Assembly (NCBI GenBank): GCA_963667035.1
Contig: OY762964.1
Coordinates: forward strand, 2,144,001 to 2,208,000
Origin: Candidatus Cloacimonadales bacterium
GTDB lineage: Bacteria > Cloacimonadota > Cloacimonadia > Cloacimonadales > JAFGVF01
Direction of reading: 5' to 3'
Length of the DNA: 64,000 nucleotides
The notes beneath the pieces were generated by a model. It was not told the origin of the DNA, made no database searches, and saw nothing but the letters and a program-made list of their open reading frames with translations. Shown here piece after piece: positions 50,774 through 61,167 of the stretch. Both the position numbers and the translations under genes were made by a program. The number at the start of each line of letters is the position of its first letter. Position 1 is the stretch's first letter.

Positions 50774-52105
50774 ATGAAACGAATCGTCGTCCTATTATTA
50801 TTCGGGTTGTTGTTAATCGGTTTAAAGGCTGAGGGCTATCAATTGGAAGAACTGATTGAGACAGGAATGCAGAATGCCTCGTCAATCATCAGAAGCGAGA
50901 TAAGCCGTGATAATGCCTATTCAAGCCATACATCTAGCTGGTTATCATTCTTGCCTGATGTAAATGCATCTTACGGAAGAGTACGTAGTCTTTCCTATTC
51001 AGATAATAATGCTAACAATAATAACGGGAGTAAGTACTTTACATGGGATGATGAGAACAAAGACTACACGACTTCAGAAAGTAGTAGTTATGGAATTAGT
51101 AAATCCATCTCATTAAATGAAGGTGATTACTTTCATTTTAGGAACACTCTTATTGATAAAAAAGTAGCTGATATCAATATGGATATTGCTAAGAAAGACT
51201 TGGCATATACTATTATTGAATTTTATCTCAATATCCTACAGGCGCAAAAAACGTTGGAAATTCAAGAAGAGAACCTAGCTCTTCAAGAAAGAGTCTTAGC
51301 TGAAATCGCAATTCAAGTACAACAAGGAAGAAAGACTACAATTGACCTTAATCAAGCCGATATAGATAAGATTGATAGTGAAATTCAAATCGAAAACTTG
51401 ACCAACTCACTAAAGAACATGAGAGCGAACCTGTTTAACATGTTACGTATTAATGATAACGGTTCAGAGTTTTCAGATGTAGCAATAGCTATTGAACCTA
51501 CAGAGAGCTTACCTTCATATGAAGAGATTGTTCCAGACAGTAAGAATAATCCATTTAGTTTCAGAATTGACTACTTGAATTTAAAGAGTATGAAAATTAA
51601 TGAATGGCAATACAAACTAAATTTCCTCCCGACAATCACCTTATCTGCAAGCCAGAAACACTCATCTGTTACGGATGAACCTCTAAAGTATGATACAAAG
51701 CAGCAAAGCTATTCATTAGGAATCAGTGCCTCATATTCTCTATGGAACTTTTTCAATCAGCGTGAAAATTACAGACGCTATAAAAACAGTATGAGACTCA
51801 CTGAACTAAGCATAGAAGACAATATTAGCGATTACAAGTCACAATACAATCAGTTAATGAGAAATCTGGAATACTTACACAAAGCTAAAGATTTGTATGA
51901 GCGTAAAGTACAACAAAGCAATGAGAACTTATCTGTTGCTAATGAAAAATATACTCTAGGTTTGATAGATTTAATTGAACTTGATCGTTCAAGAATATCC
52001 AACCTACAAGCAAGAATATCTCAAAATGAGAATTTCTACAGTATTTTAAAATCACAAGAACAATTAAATAAACTGCTTTCACTCCCAATAATGGGTCGCT
52101 GGTAG
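50774..52105 (+). CDS. TolC-family outer membrane protein
   Basis: Signal peptide; FLPDVNASY, KYTLGLIDLIEL. Confidence 0.85.
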   Translation: MKRIVVLLLFGLLLIGLKAEGYQLEELIETGMQNASSIIRSEISRDNAYSSHTSSWLSFLPDVNASYGRVRSLSYSDNNANNNNGSKYFTWDDENKDYTTSESSSYGISKSISLNEGDYFHFRNTLIDKKVADINMDIAKKDLAYTIIEFYLNILQAQKTLEIQEENLALQERVLAEIAIQVQQGRKTTIDLNQADIDKIDSEIQIENLTNSLKNMRANLFNMLRINDNGSEFSDVAIAIEPTESLPSYEEIVPDSKNNPFSFRIDYLNLKSMKINEWQYKLNFLPTITLSASQKHSSVTDEPLKYDTKQQSYSLGISASYSLWNFFNQRENYRRYKNSMRLTELSIEDNISDYKSQYNQLMRNLEYLHKAKDLYERKVQQSNENLSVANEKYTLGLIDLIELDRSRISNLQARISQNENFYSILKSQEQLNKLLSLPIMGRW

Positions 52106-52133
52106 GATATAGAAGAGAAGAAGAGAGGATTAG

Positions 52134-53237
52134 ATGAAAAAACTTATACCTGTATTGTTAATGTTCCTATTTGTAACAGCTTGTAAGGTTGGAATCAAGA
52201 AAGGTACAGACTCCGGCAATGAGAGCATTCCTACACACACTGTTAAGAGGGGCGAAATCAATACTAAACTGGACGTTACCGGAGAGGTACAACCTAAAAG
52301 TACGATTAAGGTTAAATCCAGAGTAGCCGGTAAAATAATAAAGTTTTATGTAGATGAGAATGATTATGTTAACGAAGGTGATGTAATTGCCGATATAGAG
52401 CCGGATTATAATCAAGCCGAGTCAATTTCAAGAACAAGAAGTAGCCTAAGATTAGCTGAGATAAATCTGGCAAAAGCTGAAAAGGATTTTAACGACTACA
52501 AAGAACTATATAAGAAGAACTACATTTCTCTTAATGAGCTTACAAACGCCTCAGACCACTTTGAATCAGTTCAAATTAATTATGAGCAAGCACTTGAACA
52601 ATATGAACTCGTGAAAGACCTAGATTCAAAAGATTCAGTATCAAAGCTTTATGCTAGCTCATCCGGAACAGTAATCTCACGCCTTGTTCAGGAAGGTGAA
52701 ATGGTAACTTCAAGTAATGCAAGTTTTGGTGAAGGAACAGTAATTCTTCACTTAGCCGATTTAACAAAGATGGTAGTAGAATCTGAAGTTAATGAAGTGG
52801 ACATTACTAAATACCATAAGAATCAAGTAGCTTCCGTACTAGTTGATGCTTTCCCTTATGAGAAGTTTACAGGAAAAGTAAGTAAAATAGCTGCTTCTGC
52901 TACTGATAATAGCGGAACTAAAGTCTTCCCTATTCAGATACATCTTGAGGGTAACATTTCTAAGCTAAAACCCGGTATGACAGCTAATGTAAGCATAGAA
53001 GGTGAATCCAGAGAAAACATACTTTTAATCCCAATAAGAGCGATATTCACCGATGAGAAAGGACAAGATGTCGTATATTTAATGAAAGACGGAAAACCTG
53101 AAAAGGCAGTACCAATAAAAACAGGAATCAATGATTTTCAGCAAGTGGAAATAATAGAAGGATTAAACGAAAATGATATAATCACTCTTACTGAACCGGC
53201 GTCTTTGGCACCGAAATCAGAAGAGTACGAATTCTAA
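52134..53237 (+). CDS. MacA-like periplasmic adaptor (MFP)
   Basis: VKSRVAGKI, EVNEVDI, LKPGMTANV, EIIEGL; lipobox VTAC. Confidence 0.88.
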   Translation: MKKLIPVLLMFLFVTACKVGIKKGTDSGNESIPTHTVKRGEINTKLDVTGEVQPKSTIKVKSRVAGKIIKFYVDENDYVNEGDVIADIEPDYNQAESISRTRSSLRLAEINLAKAEKDFNDYKELYKKNYISLNELTNASDHFESVQINYEQALEQYELVKDLDSKDSVSKLYASSSGTVISRLVQEGEMVTSSNASFGEGTVILHLADLTKMVVESEVNEVDITKYHKNQVASVLVDAFPYEKFTGKVSKIAASATDNSGTKVFPIQIHLEGNISKLKPGMTANVSIEGESRENILLIPIRAIFTDEKGQDVVYLMKDGKPEKAVPIKTGINDFQQVEIIEGLNENDIITLTEPASLAPKSEEYEF

Positions 53238-53253
53238 AAAAAGGAGACAACTG

Positions 53254-54264
53254 ATGATTGAAGTCAGTAATGTAGTTAAAGACTACGGTGCATTAAGGGC
53301 AGTAGACCGCATTAGTTTCTCTGTTAATGAGGGAGAAATTGTCGGTTTTCTCGGACCTAACGGAGCAGGTAAATCAACTACTCTGAAAATGCTCACTGAT
53401 TATCTGACCCCGACCGCAGGTAAGATTGAGATTAATGGTTTGGATATGTCTAAGGATTCTCTCAAAATCAGAGAATGGATTGGTTACTTACCGGAACATA
53501 ATCCTCTTTATGAAGATTTAACAGCTTTTGATTATCTGAGGTTTGTAGCTAACATACGTAACCTCAGTGACAAAGATTTCAATTCAAGAATTGAGCAAGT
53601 CATTGAAGAATGTGGCATCAAGAATGTAATTACTCAAAAGATCGGTACTTTATCCAAAGGATATCGTCAACGTGTAGGGCTTGCTCAAGCAATTTTACAT
53701 GACCCAAAAGTCATAATTCTAGACGAGCCTACAACCGGACTTGATCCCAATCAGATTCTTGAAATCAGAGAAGTTATCAGAAGACTTGGAGAGAAAAAGA
53801 CAGTTATTCTTTCCAGTCATATTATGCAGGAAGTTCAAGCAGTATGTGATAGAATCATTATCATCAACAAAGGCAAAATCATTGCCGATGATAAAAAAGA
53901 AGTACTTCAATCACAGTTAGCAGGTAAAACTGTTTTAAGTCTTGAGATCATTGCCGATGACCCTAAGTTTTATGATTTCCGCATGATTGACCCAACGATC
54001 AGCATATTTAATGAAAGTAAAATAAAAGCTAATATCTGGGAAGTTGTACTGGAGTATAGCAACAAAATCGATTTAAGAGAGAAGATTTCCAGATTTATCA
54101 ACGAGAAGGGCTGGCTCATACTCAGTATGCAGAAACAGGAACGTTCTCTTGAGAAAATATTCCATGAGCTTACTATGGATGGAAAGAGTGTTCCTCAGCC
54201 AACAGATACAACTCAATATATCCCTAAATCAGAACCTCAATCTGCGGAGGAAGAAAATGAATAA
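53254..54264 (+). CDS. ABC ATPase, GldA-like
   Basis: GPNGAGKST, LSKGYRQRVGLAQA, LDEPTTGLDPNQI. Confidence 0.9.
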   Translation: MIEVSNVVKDYGALRAVDRISFSVNEGEIVGFLGPNGAGKSTTLKMLTDYLTPTAGKIEINGLDMSKDSLKIREWIGYLPEHNPLYEDLTAFDYLRFVANIRNLSDKDFNSRIEQVIEECGIKNVITQKIGTLSKGYRQRVGLAQAILHDPKVIILDEPTTGLDPNQILEIREVIRRLGEKKTVILSSHIMQEVQAVCDRIIIINKGKIIADDKKEVLQSQLAGKTVLSLEIIADDPKFYDFRMIDPTISIFNESKIKANIWEVVLEYSNKIDLREKISRFINEKGWLILSMQKQERSLEKIFHELTMDGKSVPQPTDTTQYIPKSEPQSAEEENE

Positions 54265-54970
54265 TATAAAGTCAATAATCAAAAAAGAGCTTAATAGTTA
54301 TTTAGTCTCTCCCGCTACATATATTGTATTTGTAATATTTCTATTGATAACTGGTTGGTTTTTTAACAGCACAGTATTTGTTATCGGTAGAGCAGAAATG
54401 AGAAGTCTTTTTAGTACTCTACCTATGATATTCCTTTTCTTCATCCCTGCTATAACAATGGGTATGATTGCAAAAGAAAAGAACTCCGGAACAATTGAGA
54501 TTCTTGCCACTTTACCTTTACAAGACAGCCAGATTATCTTAGGTAAATTCATTGCGGCAATAATACTTATTGGAGCGACACTGCTATTTACACTTGTTCA
54601 CTTATTCACAATAATGCATTTTGGGCAGAACATTGATTTTGGTGCAATCATATGGGGATATATCGGACTATTCCTTGTAGCGTCAACTTATTGTGCTATA
54701 GGTATCTTTGGTTCTTCATTGCATAGTAATCAGATTGTTGCTTTCATTATAAGTTTCGTACTTGTATTCTTTTTCTTTATCATTGAAATGATATTGATAG
54801 TATTCCCCGGACCATTAGCCCAGTTCTTCCAATATCTTAGCATCAATTACCACTTTAGTAATCTTCAAAGAGGTGTTGTTGATACTCGTGATATTATCTA
54901 CTTTGGCTCAATGATAGTGTTGTTCCTGAGAGGTGCAACTCTCTCGCTTGAATCTAGGAAATGGGACTAG
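54257..54970 (+). CDS. ABC-2 permease, GldF-like
   Basis: KELNSYLVSP, EKNSGTIE, RGVVDTRDIIYF. Confidence 0.88.
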   Translation: MNNIKSIIKKELNSYLVSPATYIVFVIFLLITGWFFNSTVFVIGRAEMRSLFSTLPMIFLFFIPAITMGMIAKEKNSGTIEILATLPLQDSQIILGKFIAAIILIGATLLFTLVHLFTIMHFGQNIDFGAIIWGYIGLFLVASTYCAIGIFGSSLHSNQIVAFIISFVLVFFFFIIEMILIVFPGPLAQFFQYLSINYHFSNLQRGVVDTRDIIYFGSMIVLFLRGATLSLESRKWD

Positions 54971-54980
54971 GAGGTCAACA

Positions 54981-56588
54981 ATGAATAGAAAGAATGCTAT
55001 AATTAACTTTGTTGTAATCCTTGCAATATTGATTGTACTTAACCTAGTATCACTAAACATATTCCACAGATTTGATTTCTCAAAAGAGAAAATATATACT
55101 CTCTCAAAATCAAGTAAGGAGATAGTCGGTGGTTTGGAAGATAACCTTATTGTCAAAGCTTACTTCACAAAAAACCTTCCTAATCAATATGCCGATCTTG
55201 GAAGATACGTAAGAGATCTTCTCTCAGATTACCAAACCTATTCACACGGGCACTTAAAATTTGACTTCATAAGTCCTAATGATGAAGAGATGTTAAAGAA
55301 TGAAGCCCGTATGAACAAGATACAGCCGGCTCAAATCCAGATGCTTGAAAATGACAAAATGGAAGTTCGAGAAGTTTACATGGGACTCTATTTTGAATAC
55401 CAAGGTAATAATGAGAGTATTCCATTAATCCAAGTAAAAGATGGATTAGAAAATGATATCACCGGCATCATTAAAAGACTATCAAGAGCCCAAATGGATA
55501 GAGTTGCTCTATATACAGACCCTGATGCTGAGCAGACTGACCATCAATCAATCAGATACTTGCTAGGTAAAAACTATGATATCAGCATTACAGATCTGAA
55601 CACTCCTATCGAAGATAATGTTAAAACCCTAGTAATTGCAGGAGTATCAGATTCTCTTGCCATTGAACAACTATATAATATTGACCAGTTTGTAATGAAA
55701 GGTGGAAACCTTTTAGTATTCCAAGACAGAGTTTCAATGGATGTACAACAAGGAAAAGCGGAAGAGATTCATAGTAATTTCTTTGACCTGCTAGAGCATT
55801 GGAAGATTCATATTGCTCCAACTCTAGTTGTAGATGAGAATTGCGGTCAAATTTCTGTTAGTCAGAGACAAGGTCCATTCATCACTCAAGTACCTGTAAG
55901 ATATCCTTTGATACCTATAGTCAATACTCTAAGTAAAGAAAACCCGATTGTTAAGAAACTTGAGAATCTGATTCTTCTTGGAGCTTCCGAGATTGATGTA
56001 GAGATGGATTCAACATCTGCCGTTAACTTTACTCCATTATTCACATCTTCTAACCGTTCAGGTTCAATGTCAGGACCTAATTATGGTATAACCTTCAAGA
56101 GATTCCAAGGTCAAAATCTAAATGCAATGCTAAACAAACCGTTCAGAATACTTTCAGGCATTTTTGAAGGAGAATTTACCAGTTACTTCACTTATAATAA
56201 TGACATTCAAAGAGATGGCTTTATTCCTAAGAGCACTAATAACAAGATTATTATTGTTGCAGATCAAGATTTTGTTAATGACAAGAGTGCCGGTAAACAA
56301 CCGAATAACTTGAACTTTGTTCTTAACTCAACGGACTACCTTAACGGTGATATGTCATCACTTGAGATTCGTTCCAGAACTCTAACACTGAGTGAATTAG
56401 ATGTAAGAAAGTATTTACTTCAAAATGGAGCTAATCCCGCAGATATAGATACAATAGAGAAGAGAACAAAAGTAACGTCAAAAGCCCTTAATATTGTTCT
56501 TCCGAGCCTTCTCTTAATAGTATTCGGATTTATCTACGTACTCTTAAAACGTAAAGAAAGTGATAAGATCAGGAGGATTTATGAATAA
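54981..56588 (+). CDS. GldG-like ABC auxiliary component
   Basis: RFDFSKEKIYTLS, IDQFVMKGG, NLNFVLNSTDYL; N- and C-terminal TMs. Confidence 0.85.
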   Translation: MNRKNAIINFVVILAILIVLNLVSLNIFHRFDFSKEKIYTLSKSSKEIVGGLEDNLIVKAYFTKNLPNQYADLGRYVRDLLSDYQTYSHGHLKFDFISPNDEEMLKNEARMNKIQPAQIQMLENDKMEVREVYMGLYFEYQGNNESIPLIQVKDGLENDITGIIKRLSRAQMDRVALYTDPDAEQTDHQSIRYLLGKNYDISITDLNTPIEDNVKTLVIAGVSDSLAIEQLYNIDQFVMKGGNLLVFQDRVSMDVQQGKAEEIHSNFFDLLEHWKIHIAPTLVVDENCGQISVSQRQGPFITQVPVRYPLIPIVNTLSKENPIVKKLENLILLGASEIDVEMDSTSAVNFTPLFTSSNRSGSMSGPNYGITFKRFQGQNLNAMLNKPFRILSGIFEGEFTSYFTYNNDIQRDGFIPKSTNNKIIIVADQDFVNDKSAGKQPNNLNFVLNSTDYLNGDMSSLEIRSRTLTLSELDVRKYLLQNGANPADIDTIEKRTKVTSKALNIVLPSLLLIVFGFIYVLLKRKESDKIRRIYE

Positions 56589-57525
56589 GAAGAATCTACT
56601 CCTCATAGCGGGACTTATAATACTTCTTGTAGTCTTTTTCTTTGCAAAAAAGAAGGAACATATTGAAACCGAATTCGATTTCTTGAATATAGACTCTTTA
56701 TCTGTTAAGACAATAAATCTTACAACAGCAGAGGATACATTAGTAATATCTAAGCTGGATAATGAGTGGTGGATTACTGAACCTATAAAAGCAGAAATCG
56801 ATAAAAAGAGAATCAATACTTTCTTTGCTGATGTTGTTGATATTAAGGTTCCCATAAATCCTATGTCTGAGAATCCAAACTCACATTCTAATTATCATGT
56901 TGCTGATAATCAAGGATATGATGTTAAATTAATTAATAATTCGGGTAAGATTATTGCTGATTTTAAAGTTGGAGAAGGCTCTAACTACTCGTACAGCTAT
57001 ATAAGAAAAACTGGTGCTAACAAAGTATATCAAGTGAAAAAGAATATATTCCAGACTTGCAAACCTACTCTTAGTATGTGGCGTTCAGGAATGATTTATG
57101 ATTTTTCTAAAGAGGACATCACAAGAATCTCTGTGAGTAGACAGGATACTTCATTTGAAATGATAAGAAGTGAAATCGAGAATGGAGAGCAATGGACTTA
57201 CAAAGACGCAACGGAAGAGTTCGTTGTTGACAGACTGAATAAAGCATTGCTCAAATTCAGTAACTTAAACCTTGGATTACGTTCTCGTGTTTATTATGAT
57301 AATAAATGGGATGAACTTAAGAAGTATTTCGAGGAACCACTTGCAACTGTCGTTTTCTACTTAAGAGATGGTACTCAAAAGACAATCTACTTTGCCAAGA
57401 ATGAGGAAGATAATCAGTTTATGATAAAGAAAGGTAGTTACACTGATACTATTTATCAAGCAACATCTGATACATTTGGCAGAATCTCATTTTCGAAAGA
57501 GCAGTTTAAAGAGAAAGATAGATAG
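56581..57525 (+). CDS. DUF4340-like membrane-anchored protein
   Basis: N-terminal TM; WWITEPIKA; typical fourth gene of GldAFG-like operons. Confidence 0.7.
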   Translation: MNKKNLLLIAGLIILLVVFFFAKKKEHIETEFDFLNIDSLSVKTINLTTAEDTLVISKLDNEWWITEPIKAEIDKKRINTFFADVVDIKVPINPMSENPNSHSNYHVADNQGYDVKLINNSGKIIADFKVGEGSNYSYSYIRKTGANKVYQVKKNIFQTCKPTLSMWRSGMIYDFSKEDITRISVSRQDTSFEMIRSEIENGEQWTYKDATEEFVVDRLNKALLKFSNLNLGLRSRVYYDNKWDELKKYFEEPLATVVFYLRDGTQKTIYFAKNEEDNQFMIKKGSYTDTIYQATSDTFGRISFSKEQFKEKDR

Positions 57526-57542
57526 GTAAGAAAAGTTATAGT

Positions 57543-57576
57543 AAAAAGGCTGGCACAACAATGTCAGCCTTTTTTT
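57543..57576. terminator. Bidirectional terminator
   Basis: AAAAAGGCTGGCA-N5-TGTCAGCCTTTTT between convergent operons. Confidence 0.8.
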
Positions 57577-58939
57577 ATTTTGTAGAATCTTTTAAAACTT
57601 GTATAAAAATTGCCAATTGAGGTAAAGCCTGCCATTTCCAGAATTGAATTCCATCAACAACATGCTCAAATTGTTCATAATTAACATTACTTGATATTTC
57701 GTGTACAGAATATGGTAAATCAATCAGCATTCTTGGTAAAATGATAGACATATCAGAGAATAGATTCGTTCCATCTAAGCCCAAAGGCGTACAATTAACA
57801 ACAAGGTCATATTTAAATGATAAATCTCCCTCTTTAAGAGAATACCGCTTGCACATCTCGCTCTGCTTTTCTTTGTCTCTACACATGATATGTACTTCTC
57901 CAAAAATAGATGCCTCAACGGTTGCCAATTCTGCCATTGCTCCACTACCATATATCAGTATTGTTTCAATGCCTTTCTTATCGAGTATAAACAAAGCTTT
58001 CTTCAAGGCAAACTGATCAGTATTAGAAGTTATAATTTTGTCTCTTTCAAAGTAAACAATATTGACAGGATTATCAGTTCTCGCTTTTTCTCTTACCTCA
58101 TTTTTATATGGCATTGTTACAGATATTCCATATACTTTATTATCCGATTTAAAAAGGTTCAACCAGCTCCAAAAATCCTCAAAATTATCAGTCGAGAATG
58201 GCAAATAAACTGCATCGAAGTTATTTTTTAAGAAGTATTCATTGTAGTAATGAAGTCCAATCGAATTCACTACTTGTTCTCCCCCTAACAATCCACCGAT
58301 AGCAGTGTTCTTTGTTAACCTGGTAAGATTAAATTGTTCAACCTCGGCAAAAGTCAACTGTTCGGGAACAACGCAATCCGTATCATTTGCAATATATGTT
58401 GCTCTGGCATTAATATGCTTATATAGAATCCTTGAGAGCTTCCCAAGCTTTCCTAATCCTGCAAACAGAATCTGCTTAGGACATGTTTTAAAGTTTTTTT
58501 CAAGCCATGTAAGCTTAGAATAGCTATCAATAGGAACACATAGTTTAAGATATCTACAATCAAGTTTAGAACCTACATTTAGAAATCCTAAGATAATATC
58601 CTCGTCAAACTTAGTGAAATTATGATATGAGAGGATTACATTTAAACCTTTAACAGCCGGCTGTTCTACAATAAAAAGGTTATACTCTAAATCAATAAGA
58701 CAGTCATGTTTAATTGCAAAAGGCTTTATGATATCAAGTTTTTCTTTAATCGATAGCTTGGATTGTCCTCCCTCACTTTCATGCCTGATAGTAAGTATGG
58801 TTCTGGAATCAAGTTTTACCTTGAAGAGAAACTCCTCAATCTCTGAGTGAGGCATATAATCCAATCGTATTTCATGAAAGCACTCGACACATAAATCTCT
58901 AGTAAGAGGAGTGTTTCCTTTCGTAGATACAACTAACAT
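57575..58939 (-). CDS. Type I 3-dehydroquinase / shikimate dehydrogenase fusion (AroD-AroE)
   Basis: EIRLD, LSYHNF, YLKL; then SVTMPYK, NTD, VNCTPLG. Confidence 0.8.
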   Translation of the reverse strand: MLVVSTKGNTPLTRDLCVECFHEIRLDYMPHSEIEEFLFKVKLDSRTILTIRHESEGGQSKLSIKEKLDIIKPFAIKHDCLIDLEYNLFIVEQPAVKGLNVILSYHNFTKFDEDIILGFLNVGSKLDCRYLKLCVPIDSYSKLTWLEKNFKTCPKQILFAGLGKLGKLSRILYKHINARATYIANDTDCVVPEQLTFAEVEQFNLTRLTKNTAIGGLLGGEQVVNSIGLHYYNEYFLKNNFDAVYLPFSTDNFEDFWSWLNLFKSDNKVYGISVTMPYKNEVREKARTDNPVNIVYFERDKIITSNTDQFALKKALFILDKKGIETILIYGSGAMAELATVEASIFGEVHIMCRDKEKQSEMCKRYSLKEGDLSFKYDLVVNCTPLGLDGTNLFSDMSIILPRMLIDLPYSVHEISSNVNYEQFEHVVDGIQFWKWQALPQLAIFIQVLKDSTK

Positions 58940-60240
58940 TGTTTCTTACCTTCTTCAATAATCAAATTCCATAATTGATTAATTACATCACCTGAGACAC
59001 CTAATAGTTTAGCTTTTTCTTTTAGATTAGTCAGTAGCTCTTGTTCCCTCTCGGGAATTGTAATATCAATACTATTCTTTTTCTTAAAATCAATAACATT
59101 TTTAACAATATTGAGTCTTTTTTTGATAAGTATCAGCAAATCCTCATCTATCTTATCCAAACTCTCTCTGTAATCACTAAGTGATTGTTCTTCGTTATCT
59201 ACCAATTTTTGATAAGCCGCAGCATCTGCTATAGCCAGCTTAGCCATTGATAATATCACAGGTATGATTCTGGGCACTAGGCATATATCATGCCTACCAT
59301 TAATACTAATCATCTTTTCTTCACCTGCAATATCTATTGTTATCTGTTGTTTACTGATTGAAGGAACAGGTTTAACAGCCACACGAAAGATTATATCTTC
59401 ACCGTTTGAAATACCGGCTTGAATACCGCCTGCATTGTTGGAATTGAATCCATCCGAACTCATCCCGTCATTTGCATCAATACCTTTTAAAGCTGAAAGA
59501 GAGAATCCTCCTCCAAACTCAATACCTTTCACCGCTCCAATTGACATAACAGCCTTAGCAATATTTGCATCTAGCTTTTCAAACACCGGGTCTCCCCAAC
59601 CTTTTTTAGCGTTCTTTATCGTTATTTGGACAACTCCTCCAACACTGTCCCCCTCAGACTTAACAGACTCAAGATAACTCTCAAGCTCTTTCAGTGTTGA
59701 TGGATCAGGCCAATAGTAAGGATTCTCTTTAGCAAAGAATATATCTTGATATTTAGGGACTTTTTGCCCAATCACAAGAGTCTGAACATCAAATTCGATA
59801 TCACCAAGCAGTGAGTTCAAGGTCTCCCCTGCAATCACTCTGGAAATTGTCTCACGTCCCGAGATTCGACCTCCGCCTCTCCAATCAAAGATTTTAAACT
59901 TACTATATACGGCAAAATCTCCGTGTCCGGGTCGAAAAATCTCTTTTATATCTTCATAAGCCTTACTATCTGCATCTTTGTTCCAAACTACCAAGCATAT
60001 CGGCATTCCGGTTGTCGTTCCGTCCAATACACCTGATAGTATCTCAACTTTGTCCTCTTCCATTCTTGATGTAGAGCTAGCCAATCTTGATGCTTTTCGC
60101 TTTGCTAATGCGTCTTCTATCTCTTTAATAGGGAATTCAACTCCAGGTTTAACATCTTCTATAACAACCCCGACGGCTTTTCCATGACTCTCACCGAAGC
60201 ACGTAAATCCATAGAGGGCAGAAAGGTGATTACCTCTCAC
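58933..60240 (-). CDS. aroC: Chorismate synthase with C-terminal AroQ-type chorismate mutase domain
   Basis: FGESHG, RPGHGD, GRET, GRHD; tail LSDYRESLDKIDEDLLILIKKR...REQELL. Confidence 0.9.
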   Translation of the reverse strand: MRGNHLSALYGFTCFGESHGKAVGVVIEDVKPGVEFPIKEIEDALAKRKASRLASSTSRMEEDKVEILSGVLDGTTTGMPICLVVWNKDADSKAYEDIKEIFRPGHGDFAVYSKFKIFDWRGGGRISGRETISRVIAGETLNSLLGDIEFDVQTLVIGQKVPKYQDIFFAKENPYYWPDPSTLKELESYLESVKSEGDSVGGVVQITIKNAKKGWGDPVFEKLDANIAKAVMSIGAVKGIEFGGGFSLSALKGIDANDGMSSDGFNSNNAGGIQAGISNGEDIIFRVAVKPVPSISKQQITIDIAGEEKMISINGRHDICLVPRIIPVILSMAKLAIADAAAYQKLVDNEEQSLSDYRESLDKIDEDLLILIKKRLNIVKNVIDFKKKNSIDITIPEREQELLTNLKEKAKLLGVSGDVINQLWNLIIEEGKKQC

Positions 60241-60249
60241 ATCTACTCC

Positions 60250-61167
60250 TTATAATTGTTTAAAATTTTTATATAAATTGGTCACTAATTCTTCATTAAT
60301 ATCTTTCGGATTAATTATTAAGTCAAACTCTTGTCTACGATACCATGTTTGTTGTCTTTTAGCATATCTTCGAGTATTCTGTTTTGCCTGCTCAATACAA
60401 TCTTCAAATTCTGCATGCTCGTAAAAGTATGGCATGAACTCTTTATACCCTACAGCAGTAAGACCATAATCGTCTTTGGTATAACCCATCTTAAGTAAAG
60501 AATCAATCTCATCTAAAAGACCTGCCTCAATCATAACATCGAACCTATTCTCTATTCTCTTATAGATTAACTCTCTCTCGTCCGTAAGAAGTATTTTAAA
60601 TGGCTTATACTCTTCTTTAACTTTCTGCTCTTTCCAATGAACAGATATCGGCTTGCCTGTATAATAATAAATCTCAAGGGATCTTAAGATTCTTTGCTTA
60701 TCCTGCTTATATATATTTTCTCCCGCATCAGGATCAACTTCCATCAACTTAGCGTGCATAGCATCAAGTCCTATAGTCTCAGCCTCTTTCTCGAGTTTCA
60801 CTCTTAATTCAAGTGGTATATCAGGAGATTTAAATATACCTTCAATCAAGGATTTAATATAGAATCCTGTTCCTCCTGCAATTATTGGTAACTTACCCTC
60901 TTCCTTTAACTGCTTGATTATCAAACCTGCATCTTTGCTGAAATCACCGGCATTATATCTCACGTCGGGATTCACAATATCGATAAGGTGATGCCGAATA
61001 GACTCCATCTCTTCTTGTGTAGGTTTAGCAGTACCAATATCCATGAAACGATAAATCTGCCTTGAATCTGCCGATATAATATCTGTCTCCATTTTGTGAG
61101 CAAACATCAATGCCAACCGACTCTTACCGGAGGCCGTTGAACCTTCTATTGTAACAATCGGAATCAT
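60250..61167 (-). CDS. miaA: tRNA dimethylallyltransferase
   Basis: GSTASGKS, SADSRQIY, GGTGFY, YAKRQQTW. Confidence 0.97.
   Translation of the reverse strand: MIPIVTIEGSTASGKSRLALMFAHKMETDIISADSRQIYRFMDIGTAKPTQEEMESIRHHLIDIVNPDVRYNAGDFSKDAGLIIKQLKEEGKLPIIAGGTGFYIKSLIEGIFKSPDIPLELRVKLEKEAETIGLDAMHAKLMEVDPDAGENIYKQDKQRILRSLEIYYYTGKPISVHWKEQKVKEEYKPFKILLTDERELIYKRIENRFDVMIEAGLLDEIDSLLKMGYTKDDYGLTAVGYKEFMPYFYEHAEFEDCIEQAKQNTRRYAKRQQTWYRRQEFDLIINPKDINEELVTNLYKNFKQL

Noticed and set aside
53254..56588. Gliding motility function for GldA/F/G-like genes
   Set aside because: Homologs are widespread in non-gliding bacteria, and no gldK-N or spr genes are in the window
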